From positions 1-29,831 of the forward strand of contig CDRNVI010000097.1 in the NCBI GenBank assembly GCA_977017575.1: a DNA stretch of 29,831 bases, in the 5' to 3' direction. The notes beneath the pieces are model-generated. The model was not told the DNA's origin. It did no database searches and saw only the letters and a program-made list of their open reading frames with translations. The translations under genes were made by a program, and so were the position numbers. Every line of letters begins with the position of its first letter. Positions within the stretch are counted from its first letter, which is position 1. This DNA comes from Paramoeba atlantica (taxonomy: Eukaryota; Protista; Discosea). This document shows positions 7,398 through 20,213 of this stretch, piece after piece.

Positions 7398-7980
7398 GCA
7401 CCGGGAAGAGTCTTACTGTTACATGCCCGTTGCCGGCCGGCAGTAAGGGCGAAACTGCCCCTCTTTCTTCGGTGAAGCAGGGGACGCGCTTCCCATTACC
7501 CCTCCCCGGCTCACTCTTTGAGTGAGCTTTTTTCCCTTGAGACTTCCCCTTGAGTACCGCTGTGCGTGACTCTGCCTCGTGTTATCGTTCCAAATGCCCC
7601 TTGGTGCGACATCCGTTGTGGGCGGATCATGTGCCGATGATATCGACCGTCGCATTAAGGGGAATATCTCTGCGCCAATGAGCGTATGATAAACAAGGTC
7701 CACCCGTGAGGGTGTTCATGCATATATTGGATTTGCACAAATTTTCCACGATTGCTGGCCTGATTATAGGTGTCGTTGAGATCTTTGTAGGAGGCATTGA
7801 CCGGGATTGCGGATGACCGAGAAGATTGGTTGATATATTGTGTGATGTGTTAGGATGGGTGCAGATTTAAATTGCGGTGCCGCAGATTTTCAGACGTTAA
7901 TGAACATGCCATCCTGCCTATTTATCGGTGGAGTCCGATTTTGCGAGTCAGACTGCCTGGTGACAGAGTTATTGTAACGC

Positions 7981-8088
7981 AAATAAGCCCCAGTTCCCTT
8001 CTCGGGAACCGGGGCCTTCAAGCGAACTTAGAGTTCGAAGCTTCTCATACCAACAAGGTACAGAAACTGTATCTTTATCGTTAAAGTT
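7981..8088 (-). ncRNA. SL RNA: SL RNA gene, unit 4
   Basis: Same sequence as unit 1. Confidence 0.93.
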
Positions 8089-8180
8089 AACAAGGGCTTT
8101 ACCAACCACCAGAGCTCATTGTTCGCTTTTGTCAAACTGATGAACTTGTTGTTCCACGAGTCTTAGCCCAAAATGCAACC

Positions 8181-8385
8181 TGGAAACTTGTCTAGTGGCA
8201 GGGCGTGCTTTTCTGAGACTGACGAACCAAACTCCTGGTTCGATTCCCGCCCCGTCAATTTTCGCAACACGTGGCAAACTGTAGCCATGTGCTGAATGTC
8301 AAAACACTTGCACGGAGGTTCGATCCTCAGCCCGTGTGACCTTTTCGAATGATAAAAACCCCGGAAGCCACTGCGCTAGCGTAAA
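8181..8385. promoter_or_regulatory. Box A/B cassette, unit 4
   Basis: Same as unit 2. Confidence 0.6.
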
Positions 8386-8477
8386 CATGGTGAGTAGCGC
8401 CTCTGTGGGACACTCAGGATGAGGCAGATTGTCGTGGAAAATATTTCTTTCATAGTGGGGATTTCACAAGTTACGCC

Positions 8478-8596
8478 GGGTACGACCATACTACGGTGAA
8501 AACACCACATCCCGTTCGCTTTGTGAAGTTAAGCACCGTCAGGCTCAGTTAGTACTGAGGTGAGCGATCGCTCGGGAACCCTGAGTGTTGTACTCT
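8478..8596 (+). rRNA. 5S rRNA: 5S rRNA gene, unit 4
   Basis: Same sequence as unit 1. Confidence 0.98.
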
Positions 8597-9204
8597 TTTT
8601 AAATGCAAGAGGAATCAGGTGGTGAGGTTTCGACGACCTTTCACGACGTTTCACGAGATTTTCTTCAATGTCGTCTTTGCCTCTCTCACCTCAAGGGCCT
8701 AGTTGCGTTTCGAATCGGCATTGAGTCCTCGGGACGCTGTGATTTTTACGTACGGCTTTATAATACAGGGCGCATAGATGCCTTTGTATGTATGAATGTA
8801 TGTAAAACAGGCGGTTACCCTTGTTCAATGATGTCGCCTCCCCTGAGAAAGCAGGGAAACTTGGAGGAAAGTGCCTGGTCGCTGAACGGTCGATACTCTG
8901 TGGAGTATCGATATGGCATAGGTGCCTTTACATCCCCATACTCCCCGTCAGGAAGTGCGGTGCCACGCTACTGGAGCAGGTGGTGGGATGGATGTAACGT
9001 CTGCAAACCAAGGAAGCGGAATCCTCTGGCATCGAGAGGTGTCACCTTGCTGCTGCGGTGTATCGAACAGATAGCCTAACACACGTAAGCTCCCATCTAA
9101 GGAAGATTTCCGTTTACTGATCGACCCACAACGCATTCGGAGGTTTTCCCCCGCAGACAAAGGTGTGGTCAGAAGCGTTCCGCGTATTCGAAGCCGGGGC
9201 ACCC

Positions 9205-9415
9205 GCACCCTTATATCTGTCATAGAAACTCGCACCCTTATCTGTCATAATGCACCCTTATCTGTCATACTGCACCCTTATCTGTCATACTGCACCCTTA
9301 TCTGTCATACTGCACCCTTATCTGTCATAATGCACCCTTATCTGTCATACTGCACCCTTATCTGTCATATAAGCCGCACCCTTATCTGTCATACTGCACC
9401 CTTATCTGTCATAAT
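9205..9415. repeat. 20-bp minisatellite x10, unit 4
   Basis: Direct inspection. Confidence 0.97.
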
Positions 9416-9733
9416 ACATTTTTTGTTAATTTTCTGTGAATGACGGTGGAAGGTAGAGTCAGCACACGCATCGACTCAACTCATCGGTCGCATATCGCAT
9501 TGTTATATCTCTGTCATTCTTTTTCGCGTCTACAGCTCCGGTTTTTTCTCTCTTTATGATATCTAGACCTTGTCGTATCTGGGATTTCCGTGGTTTGTCT
9601 CGGTGTCGCCCAATACAACTGAGCATCACCTAGGGCTTCGCAAATTGCTTCCCACGAACTCAGCGTCACACTTTGACGTGACTCAATGGCCCGGCCGGCC
9701 CCTCCGTGCGTTCGGCCTCTCATTTCCCCCAAA

Positions 9734-9811
9734 ACAACTACCACCTTCCCCACATTTATCAGGGGTCGCTTGCGCGACCCCCGCTAAATAGGGGGGGAAG
9801 GTGGTAGTTGT
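9734..9811. repeat. Inverted repeat, unit 4
   Basis: As unit 1. Confidence 0.92.
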
Positions 9812-9887
9812 GGGGTATGGAGGCTTCTCGCAACTCCGGGGCCTCACCGGGACCACAATTGAGGCTACCTATTTTTTACGTTCCGTA

Positions 9888-9892
<5 letters not shown>

Positions 9893-9948
<56 letters not shown>
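9893..9948. repeat. (CT)28, unit 4
   Basis: Direct count. Confidence 0.97.
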
Positions 9949-9951
<3 letters not shown>

Positions 9952-10534
9952 GCACCGGGAAGAGTCTTACTGTTACATGCCCGTTGCCGGCCGGCAGTAA
10001 GGGCGAAACTGCCCCTCTTTCTTCGGTGAAGCAGGGGACGCGCTTCCCATTACCCCTCCCCGGCTCACTCTTTGAGTGAGCTTTTTTCCCTTGAGACTTC
10101 CCCTTGAGTACCGCTGTGCGTGACTCTGCCTCGTGTTATCGTTCCAAATGCCCCTTGGTGCGACATCCGTTGTGGGCGGATCATGTGCCGATGATATCGA
10201 CCGTCGCATTAAGGGGAATATCTCTGCGCCAATGAGCGTATGATAAACAAGGTCCACCCGTGAGGGTGTTCATGCATATATTGGATTTGCACAAATTTTC
10301 CACGATTGCTGGCCTGATTATAGGTGTCGTTGAGATCTTTGTAGGAGGCATTGACCGGGATTGCGGATGACCGAGAAGATTGGTTGATATATTGTGTGAT
10401 GTGTTAGGATGGGTGCAGATTTAAATTGCGGTGCCGCAGATTTTCAGACGTTAATGAACATGCCATCCTGCCTATTTATCGGTGGAGTCCGATTTTGCGA
10501 GTCAGACTGCCTGGTGACAGAGTTATTGTAACGC

Positions 10535-10642
10535 AAATAAGCCCCAGTTCCCTTCTCGGGAACCGGGGCCTTCAAGCGAACTTAGAGTTCGAAGCTTCTC
10601 ATACCAACAAGGTACAGAAACTGTATCTTTATCGTTAAAGTT
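10535..10642 (-). ncRNA. SL RNA: SL RNA gene, unit 5
   Basis: Same sequence as unit 1. Confidence 0.93.
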
Positions 10643-10734
10643 AACAAGGGCTTTACCAACCACCAGAGCTCATTGTTCGCTTTTGTCAAACTGATGAACT
10701 TGTTGTTCCACGAGTCTTAGCCCAAAATGCAACC

Positions 10735-10939
10735 TGGAAACTTGTCTAGTGGCAGGGCGTGCTTTTCTGAGACTGACGAACCAAACTCCTGGTTCGATTC
10801 CCGCCCCGTCAATTTTCGCAACACGTGGCAAACTGTAGCCATGTGCTGAATGTCAAAACACTTGCACGGAGGTTCGATCCTCAGCCCGTGTGACCTTTTC
10901 GAATGATAAAAACCCCGGAAGCCACTGCGCTAGCGTAAA
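10735..10939. promoter_or_regulatory. Box A/B cassette, unit 5
   Basis: Same as unit 2. Confidence 0.6.
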
Positions 10940-11031
10940 CATGGTGAGTAGCGCCTCTGTGGGACACTCAGGATGAGGCAGATTGTCGTGGAAAATATTT
11001 CTTTCATAGTGGGGATTTCACAAGTTACGCC

Positions 11032-11150
11032 GGGTACGACCATACTACGGTGAAAACACCACATCCCGTTCGCTTTGTGAAGTTAAGCACCGTCAGGCTC
11101 AGTTAGTACTGAGGTGAGCGATCGCTCGGGAACCCTGAGTGTTGTACTCT
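11032..11150 (+). rRNA. 5S rRNA: 5S rRNA gene, unit 5
   Basis: Same sequence as unit 1. Confidence 0.98.
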
Positions 11151-11758
11151 TTTTAAATGCAAGAGGAATCAGGTGGTGAGGTTTCGACGACCTTTCACGA
11201 CGTTTCACGAGATTTTCTTCAATGTCGTCTTTGCCTCTCTCACCTCAAGGGCCTAGTTGCGTTTCGAATCGGCATTGAGTCCTCGGGACGCTGTGATTTT
11301 TACGTACGGCTTTATAATACAGGGCGCATAGATGCCTTTGTATGTATGAATGTATGTAAAACAGGCGGTTACCCTTGTTCAATGATGTCGCCTCCCCTGA
11401 GAAAGCAGGGAAACTTGGAGGAAAGTGCCTGGTCGCTGAACGGTCGATACTCTGTGGAGTATCGATATGGCATAGGTGCCTTTACATCCCCATACTCCCC
11501 GTCAGGAAGTGCGGTGCCACGCTACTGGAGCAGGTGGTGGGATGGATGTAACGTCTGCAAACCAAGGAAGCGGAATCCTCTGGCATCGAGAGGTGTCACC
11601 TTGCTGCTGCGGTGTATCGAACAGATAGCCTAACACACGTAAGCTCCCATCTAAGGAAGATTTCCGTTTACTGATCGACCCACAACGCATTCGGAGGTTT
11701 TCCCCCGCAGACAAAGGTGTGGTCAGAAGCGTTCCGCGTATTCGAAGCCGGGGCACCC

Positions 11759-11969
11759 GCACCCTTATATCTGTCATAGAAACTCGCACCCTTATCTGTC
11801 ATAATGCACCCTTATCTGTCATACTGCACCCTTATCTGTCATACTGCACCCTTATCTGTCATACTGCACCCTTATCTGTCATAATGCACCCTTATCTGTC
11901 ATACTGCACCCTTATCTGTCATATAAGCCGCACCCTTATCTGTCATACTGCACCCTTATCTGTCATAAT
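11759..11969. repeat. 20-bp minisatellite x10, unit 5
   Basis: Direct inspection. Confidence 0.97.
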
Positions 11970-12287
11970 ACATTTTTTGTTAATTTTCTGTGAATGACGG
12001 TGGAAGGTAGAGTCAGCACACGCATCGACTCAACTCATCGGTCGCATATCGCATTGTTATATCTCTGTCATTCTTTTTCGCGTCTACAGCTCCGGTTTTT
12101 TCTCTCTTTATGATATCTAGACCTTGTCGTATCTGGGATTTCCGTGGTTTGTCTCGGTGTCGCCCAATACAACTGAGCATCACCTAGGGCTTCGCAAATT
12201 GCTTCCCACGAACTCAGCGTCACACTTTGACGTGACTCAATGGCCCGGCCGGCCCCTCCGTGCGTTCGGCCTCTCATTTCCCCCAAA

Positions 12288-12365
12288 ACAACTACCACCT
12301 TCCCCCCATTTATCAGGGGTCGCTTGCGCGACCCCCGCTAAATAGGGGGGGAAGGTGGTAGTTGT
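12288..12365. repeat. Inverted repeat, unit 5
   Basis: Perfect 20-bp outer arms. Confidence 0.92.
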
Positions 12366-12441
12366 GGGGTATGGAGGCTTCTCGCAACTCCGGGGCCTCA
12401 CCGGGACCACAATTGAGGCTACCTATTTTTTACGTTCCGTA

Positions 12442-12446
<5 letters not shown>

Positions 12447-12510
<64 letters not shown>
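12447..12510. repeat. (CT)32, unit 5
   Basis: Direct count. Confidence 0.97.
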
Positions 12511-12513
<3 letters not shown>

Positions 12514-13096
12514 GCACCGGGAAGAGTCTTACTGTTACATGCCCGTTGCCGGCCGGCAGTAAGGGCGAAACTGCCCCTCTTTCTTCGGTGAAGCAGGGGA
12601 CGCGCTTCCCATTACCCCTCCCCGGCTCACTCTTTGAGTGAGCTTTTTTCCCTTGAGACTTCCCCTTGAGTACCGCTGTGCGTGACTCTGCCTCGTGTTA
12701 TCGTTCCAAATGCCCCTTGGTGCGACATCCGTTGTGGGCGGATCATGTGCCGATGATATCGACCGTCGCATTAAGGGGAATATCTCTGCGCCAATGAGCG
12801 TATGATAAACAAGGTCCACCCGTGAGGGTGTTCATGCATATATTGGATTTGCACAAATTTTCCACGATTGCTGGCCTGATTATAGGTGTCGTTGAGATCT
12901 TTGTAGGAGGCATTGACCGGGATTGCGGATGACCGAGAAGATTGGTTGATATATTGTGTGATGTGTTAGGATGGGTGCAGATTTAAATTGCGGTGCCGCA
13001 GATTTTCAGACGTTAATGAACATGCCATCCTGCCTATTTATCGGTGGAGTCCGATTTTGCGAGTCAGACTGCCTGGTGACAGAGTTATTGTAACGC

Positions 13097-13204
13097 AAAT
13101 AAGCCCCAGTTCCCTTCTCGGGAACCGGGGCCTTCAAGCGAACTTAGAGTTCGAAGCTTCTCATACCAACAAGGTACAGAAACTGTATCTTTATCGTTAA
13201 AGTT
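13097..13204 (-). ncRNA. SL RNA: SL RNA gene, unit 6
   Basis: Same sequence as unit 1. Confidence 0.93.
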
Positions 13205-13296
13205 AACAAGGGCTTTACCAACCACCAGAGCTCATTGTTCGCTTTTGTCAAACTGATGAACTTGTTGTTCCACGAGTCTTAGCCCAAAATGCAACC

Positions 13297-13501
13297 TGGA
13301 AACTTGTCTAGTGGCAGGGCGTGCTTTTCTGAGACTGACGAACCAAACTCCTGGTTCGATTCCCGCCCCGTCAATTTTCGCAACACGTGGCAAACTGTAG
13401 CCATGTGCTGAATGTCAAAACACTTGCACGGAGGTTCGATCCTCAGCCCGTGTGACCTTTTCGAATGATAAAAACCCCGGAAGCCACTGCGCTAGCGTAA
13501 A
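13297..13501. promoter_or_regulatory. Box A/B cassette, unit 6
   Basis: Same as unit 2. Confidence 0.6.
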
Positions 13502-13593
13502 CATGGTGAGTAGCGCCTCTGTGGGACACTCAGGATGAGGCAGATTGTCGTGGAAAATATTTCTTTCATAGTGGGGATTTCACAAGTTACGCC

Positions 13594-13712
13594 GGGTACG
13601 ACCATACTACGGTGAAAACACCACATCCCGTTCGCTTTGTGAAGTTAAGCACCGTCAGACTCAGTTAGTACTGAGGTGAGCGATCGCTCGGGAACCCTGA
13701 GTGTTGTACTCT
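13594..13712 (+). rRNA. 5S rRNA: 5S rRNA gene, unit 6 (G66A variant)
   Basis: As unit 1 except G>A at 13659. Confidence 0.98.
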
Positions 13713-14320
13713 TTTTAAATGCAAGAGGAATCAGGTGGTGAGGTTTCGACGACCTTTCACGACGTTTCACGAGATTTTCTTCAATGTCGTCTTTGCCTCT
13801 CTCACCTCAAGGGCCTAGTTGCGTTTCGAATCGGCATTGAGTCCTCGGGACGCTGTGATTTTTACGTACGGCTTTATAATACAGGGCGCATAGATGCCTT
13901 TGTATGTATGAATGTATGTAAAACAGGCGGTTACCCTTGTTCAATGATGTCGCCTCCCCTGAGAAAGCAGGGAAACTTGGAGGAAAGTGCCTGGTCGCTG
14001 AACGGTCGATACTCTGTGGAGTATCGATATGGCATAGGTGCCTTTACATCCCCATACTCCCCGTCAGGAAGTGCGGTGCCACGCTACTGGAGCAGGTGGT
14101 GGGATGGATGTAACGTCTGCAAACCAAGGAAGCGGAATCCTCTGGCATCGAGAGGTGTCACCTCGCTGCTGCGGTGTATCGAACAGATAGCCTAACACAC
14201 GTAAGCTCCCATCTAAGGAAGATTTCCGTTTACTGATCGACCCACAACGCATTCGGAGGTTTTCCCCCGCAGACAAAGGTGTGGTCAGAAGCGTTCCGCG
14301 TATTCGAAGCCGGGGCACCC

Positions 14321-14531
14321 GCACCCTTATATCTGTCATAGAAACTCGCACCCTTATCTGTCATAATGCACCCTTATCTGTCATACTGCACCCTTATCTG
14401 TCATACTGCACCCTTATCTGTCATACTGCACCCTTATCTGTCATAATGCACCCTTATCTGTCATACTGCACCCTTATCTGTCATATAAGCCGCACCCTTA
14501 TCTGTCATACTGCACCCTTATCTGTCATAAT
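14321..14531. repeat. 20-bp minisatellite x10, unit 6
   Basis: Direct inspection. Confidence 0.97.
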
Positions 14532-14849
14532 ACATTTTTTGTTAATTTTCTGTGAATGACGGTGGAAGGTAGAGTCAGCACACGCATCGACTCAACTCAT
14601 CGGTCGCATATCGCATTGTTATATCTCTGTCATTCTTTTTCGCGTCTACAGCTCCGGTTTTTTCTCTCTTTATGATATCTAGACCTTGTCGTATCTGGGA
14701 TTTCCGTGGTTTGTCTCGGTGTCGCCCAATACAACTGAGCATCACCTAGGGCTTCGCAAATTGCTTCCCACGAACTCAGCGTCACACTTTGACGTGACTC
14801 AATGGCCCGGCCGGCCCTTCCGTGCGTTCGGCCTCTCATTTCCCCCAAA

Positions 14850-14927
14850 ACAACTACCACCTTCCCCCCATTTATCAGGGGTCGCTTGCGCGACCCCCGC
14901 TAAATAGGGGGGGAAGGTGGTAGTTGT
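14850..14927. repeat. Inverted repeat, unit 6
   Basis: Perfect 20-bp outer arms. Confidence 0.92.
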
Positions 14928-15003
14928 GGGGTATGGAGGCTTCTCGCAACTCCGGGGCCTCACCGGGACCACAATTGAGGCTACCTATTTTTTACGTTCC
15001 GTA

Positions 15004-15103
<100 letters not shown>

Positions 15104-15686
15104 GCACCGGGAAGAGTTTTACTGTTACATGCCCGTTGCCGGCCGGCAGTAAGGGCGAAACTGCCCCTCTTTCTTCGGTGAAGCAGGGGACGCGCTTCCC
15201 ATTACCCCTCCCCGGCTCACTCTTTGAGTGAGCTTTTTTCCCTTGAGACTTCCCCTTGAGTACCGCTGTGCGTGACTCTGCCTCGTGTTATCGTTCCAAA
15301 TGCCCCTTGGTGCGACATCCGTTGTGGGCGGATCATGTGCCGATGATATCGACCGTCGCATTAAGGGGAATATCTCTGCGCCAATGAGCGTATGATAAAC
15401 AAGGTCCACCCGTGAGGGTGTTCATGCATATATTGGATTTGCACAAATTTTCCACGATTGCTGGCCTGATTATAGGTGTCGTTGAGATCTTTGTAGGAGG
15501 CATTGACCGGGATTGCGGATGACCGAGAAGATTGGTTGATATATTGTGTGATGTGTTAGGATGGGTGCAGATTTAAATTGCGGTGCCGCAGATTTTCAGA
15601 CGTTAATGAACATGCCATCCTGCCTATTTATCGGTGGAGTCCGATTTTGCGAGTCAGACTGCCTGGTGACAGAGTTATTGTAGCGC

Positions 15687-15794
15687 AAATAAGCCCCAGT
15701 TCCCTTCTCGGGAACCGGGGCCTTCAAGCGAACTTAGAGTTCGAAGCTTCTCATACCAACAAGGTACAGAAACTGTATCTTTATCGTTAAAGTT
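15687..15794 (-). ncRNA. SL RNA: SL RNA gene, unit 7
   Basis: Same sequence as unit 1. Confidence 0.93.
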
Positions 15795-15886
15795 AACAAG
15801 GGCTTTACCAACCACCAGAGCTCATTGTTCGCTTTTGTCAAACTGATGAACTTGTTGTTCCACGAGTCTTAGCCCAAAATGCAACC

Positions 15887-16091
15887 TGGAAACTTGTCTA
15901 GTGGCAGGGCGTGCTTTTCTGAGACTGACGAACCAAACTCCTGGTTCGATTCCCGCCCCGTCAATTTTCGCAACACGTGGCAAACTGTAGCCATGTGCTG
16001 AATGTCAAAACACTTGCACGGAGGTTCGATCCTCAGCCCGTGTGACCTTTTCGAATGATAAAAACCCCGGAAGCCACTGCGCTAGCGTAAA
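15887..16091. promoter_or_regulatory. Box A/B cassette, unit 7
   Basis: Same as unit 2. Confidence 0.6.
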
Positions 16092-16183
16092 CATGGTGAG
16101 TAGCGCCTCTGTGGGACACTCAGGATGAGGCAGATTGTCGTGGAAAATATTTCTTTCATAGTGGGGATTTCACAAGTTACGCC

Positions 16184-16302
16184 GGGTACGACCATACTAC
16201 GGTGAAAACACCACATCCCGTTCGCTTTGTGAAGTTAAGCACCGTCAGGCTCAGTTAGTACTGAGGTGAGCGATCGCTCGGGAACCCTGAGTGTTGTACT
16301 CT
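16184..16302 (+). rRNA. 5S rRNA: 5S rRNA gene, unit 7
   Basis: Same sequence as unit 1. Confidence 0.98.
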
Positions 16303-16910
16303 TTTTAAATGCAAGAGGAATCAGGTGGTGAGGTTTCGACGACCTTTCACGACGTTTCACGAGATTTTCTTCAATGTCGTCTTTGCCTCTCTCACCTCAA
16401 GGGCCTAGTTGCGTTTCGAATCGGCATTGAGTCCTCGGGACGCTGTGATTTTTACGTACGGCTTTATAATACAGGGCGCATAGATGCCTTTGTATGTATG
16501 AATGTATGTAAAACAGGCGGTTACCCTTGTTCAATGATGTCGCCTCCCCTGAGAAAGCAGGGAAACTTGGAGGAAAGTGCCTGGTCGCTGAACGGTCGAT
16601 ACTCTGTGGAGTATCGATATGGCATAGGTGCCTTTACATCCCCATACTCCCCGTCAGGAAGTGCGGTGCCACGCTACTGGAGCAGGTGGTGGGATGGATG
16701 TAACGTCTGCAAACCAAGGAAGCGGAATCCTCTGGCATCGAGAGGTGTCACCTTGCTGCTGCGGTGTATCGAACAGATAGCCTAACACACGTAAGCTCCC
16801 ATCTAAGGAAGATTTCCGTTTACTGATCGACCCACAACGCATTCGGAGGTTTTCCCCCGCAGACAAAGGTGTGGTCAGAAGCGTTCCGCGTATTCGAAGC
16901 CGGGGCACCC

Positions 16911-17121
16911 GCACCCTTATATCTGTCATAGAAACTCGCACCCTTATCTGTCATAATGCACCCTTATCTGTCATACTGCACCCTTATCTGTCATACTGCA
17001 CCCTTATCTGTCATACTGCACCCTTATCTGTCATAATGCACCCTTATCTGTCATACTGCACCCTTATCTGTCATATAAGCCGCACCCTTATCTGTCATAC
17101 TGCACCCTTATCTGTCATAAT
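16911..17121. repeat. 20-bp minisatellite x10, unit 7
   Basis: Direct inspection. Confidence 0.97.
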
Positions 17122-17439
17122 ACATTTTTTGTTAATTTTCTGTGAATGACGGTGGAAGGTAGAGTCAGCACACGCATCGACTCAACTCATCGGTCGCATA
17201 TCGCATTGTTATATCTCTGTCATTCTTTTTCGCGTCTACAGCTCCGGTTTTTTCTCTCTTTATGATATCTAGACCTTGTCGTATCTGGGATTTCCGTGGT
17301 TTGTCTCGGTGTCGCCCAATACAACTGAGCATCACCTAGGGCTTCGCAAATTGCTTCCCACGAACTCAGCGTCACACTTTGACGTGACTCAATGGCCCGG
17401 CCGGCCCCTCCGTGCGTTCGGCCTCTCATTTCCCCCAAA

Positions 17440-17517
17440 ACAACTACCACCTTCCCCCCATTTATCAGGGGTCGCTTGCGCGACCCCCGCTAAATAGGGG
17501 GGGAAGGTGGTAGTTGT
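17440..17517. repeat. Inverted repeat, unit 7
   Basis: Perfect 20-bp outer arms. Confidence 0.92.
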
Positions 17518-17593
17518 GGGGTATGGAGGCTTCTCGCAACTCCGGGGCCTCACCGGGACCACAATTGAGGCTACCTATTTTTTACGTTCCGTA

Positions 17594-17598
<5 letters not shown>

Positions 17599-17650
<52 letters not shown>
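17599..17650. repeat. (CT)26, unit 7
   Basis: Direct count. Confidence 0.97.
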
Positions 17651-17653
<3 letters not shown>

Positions 17654-18236
17654 GCACCGGGAAGAGTCTTACTGTTACATGCCCGTTGCCGGCCGGCAGT
17701 AAGGGCGAAACTGCCCCTCTTTCTTCGGTGAAGCAGGGGACGCGCTTCCCATTACCCCTCCCCGGCTCACTCTTTGAGTGAGCTTTTTTCCCTTGAGACT
17801 TCCCCTTGAGTACCGCTGTGCGTGACTCTGCCTCGTGTTATCGTTCCAAATGCCCCTTGGTGCGACATCCGTTGTGGGCGGATCATGTGCCGATGATATC
17901 GACCGTCGCATTAAGGGGAATATCTCTGCGCCAATGAGCGTATGATAAACAAGGTCCACCCGTGAGGGTGTTCATGCATATATTGGATTTGCACAAATTT
18001 TCCACGATTGCTGGCCTGATTATAGGTGTCGTTGAGATCTTTGTAGGAGGCATTGACCGGGATTGCGGATGACCGAGAAGATTGGTTGATATATTGTGTG
18101 ATGTGTTAGGATGGGTGCAGATTTAAATTGCGGTGCCGCAGATTTTCAGACGTTAATGAACATGCCATCCTGCCTATTTATCGGTGGAGTCCGATTTTGC
18201 GAGTCAGACTGCCTGGTGACAGAGTTATTGTAACGC

Positions 18237-18344
18237 AAATAAGCCCCAGTTCCCTTCTCGGGAACCGGGGCCTTCAAGCGAACTTAGAGTTCGAAGCTTC
18301 TCATACCAACAAGGTACAGAAACTGTATCTTTATCGTTAAAGTT
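18237..18344 (-). ncRNA. SL RNA: SL RNA gene, unit 8
   Basis: Same sequence as unit 1. Confidence 0.93.
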
Positions 18345-18436
18345 AACAAGGGCTTTACCAACCACCAGAGCTCATTGTTCGCTTTTGTCAAACTGATGAA
18401 CTTGTTGTTCCACGAGTCTTAGCCCAAAATGCAACC

Positions 18437-18641
18437 TGGAAACTTGTCTAGTGGCAGGGCGTGCTTTTCTGAGACTGACGAACCAAACTCCTGGTTCGAT
18501 TCCCGCCCCGTCAATTTTCGCAACACGTGGCAAACTGTAGCCATGTGCTGAATGTCAAAACACTTGCACGGAGGTTCGATCCTCAGCCCGTGTGACCTTT
18601 TCGAATGATAAAAACCCCGGAAGCCACTGCGCTAGCGTAAA
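18437..18641. promoter_or_regulatory. Box A/B cassette, unit 8
   Basis: Same as unit 2. Confidence 0.6.
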
Positions 18642-18733
18642 CATGGTGAGTAGCGCCTCTGTGGGACACTCAGGATGAGGCAGATTGTCGTGGAAAATAT
18701 TTCTTTCATAGTGGGGATTTCACAAGTTACGCC

Positions 18734-18852
18734 GGGTACGACCATACTACGGTGAAAACACCACATCCCGTTCGCTTTGTGAAGTTAAGCACCGTCAGGC
18801 TCAGTTAGTACTGAGGTGAGCGATCGCTCGGGAACCCTGAGTGTTGTACTCT
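18734..18852 (+). rRNA. 5S rRNA: 5S rRNA gene, unit 8
   Basis: Same sequence as unit 1. Confidence 0.98.
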
Positions 18853-19460
18853 TTTTAAATGCAAGAGGAATCAGGTGGTGAGGTTTCGACGACCTTTCAC
18901 GACGTTTCACGAGATTTTCTTCAATGTCGTCTTTGCCTCTCTCACCTCAAGGGCCTAGTTGCGTTTCGAATCGGCATTGAGTCCTCGGGACGCTGTGATT
19001 TTTACGTACGGCTTTATAATACAGGGCGCATAGATGCCTTTGTATGTATGAATGTATGTAAAACAGGCGGTTACCCTTGTTCAATGATGTCGCCTCCCCT
19101 GAGAAAGCAGGGAAACTTGGAGGAAAGTGCCTGGTCGCTGAACGGTCGATACTCTGTGGAGTATCGATATGGCATAGGTGCCTTTACATCCCCATACTCC
19201 CCGTCAGGAAGTGCGGTGCCACGCTACTGGAGCAGGTGGTGGGATGGATGTAACGTCTGCAAACCAAGGAAGCGGAATCCTCTGGCATCGAGAGGTGTCA
19301 CCTTGCTGCTGCGGTGTATCGAACAGATAGCCTAACACACGTAAGCTCCCATCTAAGGAAGATTTCCGTTTACTGATCGACCCACAACGCATTCGGAGGT
19401 TTTCCCCCGCAGACAAAGGTGTGGTCAGAAGCGTTCCGCGTATTCGAAGCCGGGGCACCC

Positions 19461-19665
19461 GCACCCTTATCTGTCATAGAAACTCGCACCCTTATCTGTC
19501 ATAATGCACCCTTATCTGTCATACTGCACCCTTATCTGTCATACTGCACCCTTATCTGTCATACTGCACCCTTATCTGTCATAATGCACCCTTATCTGTC
19601 ATACTGCACCCTTATCTGTCATATAGCACCCTTATCTGTCATACTGCACCCTTATCTGTCATAAT
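19461..19665. repeat. 20-bp minisatellite x10, unit 8
   Basis: Direct inspection; copy 8 linker shortened (ATATAGCACC). Confidence 0.97.
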
Positions 19666-19983
19666 ACATTTTTTGTTAATTTTCTGTGAATGACGGTGGA
19701 AGGTAGAGTCAGCACACGCATCGACTCAACTCATCGGTCGCATATCGCATTGTTATATCTCTGTCATTCTTTTTCGCGTCTACAGCTCCGGTTTTTTCTC
19801 TCTTTATGATATCTAGACCTTGTCGTATCTGGGATTTCCGTGGTTTGTCTCGGTGTCGCCCAATACAACTGAGCATCACCTAGGGCTTCGCAAATTGCTT
19901 CCCACGAACTCAGCGTCACACTTTGACGTGACTCAATGGCCCGGCCGGCCCTTCCGTGCGTTCGGCCTCTCATTTCCCCCAAA

Positions 19984-20061
19984 ACAACTACCACCTTCCC
20001 CCCATTTATCAGGGGTCGCTTGCGCGACCCCCGCTAAATAGGGGGGGAAGGTGGTAGTTGT
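19984..20061. repeat. Inverted repeat, unit 8
   Basis: Perfect 20-bp outer arms. Confidence 0.92.
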
Positions 20062-20137
20062 GGGGTATGGAGGCTTCTCGCAACTCCGGGGCCTCACCGG
20101 GACCACAATTGAGGCTACCTATTTTTTACGTTCCGTA

Positions 20138-20142
<5 letters not shown>

Positions 20143-20210
<68 letters not shown>
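20143..20210. repeat. (CT)34, unit 8
   Basis: Direct count. Confidence 0.97.
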
Positions 20211-20213
<3 letters not shown>

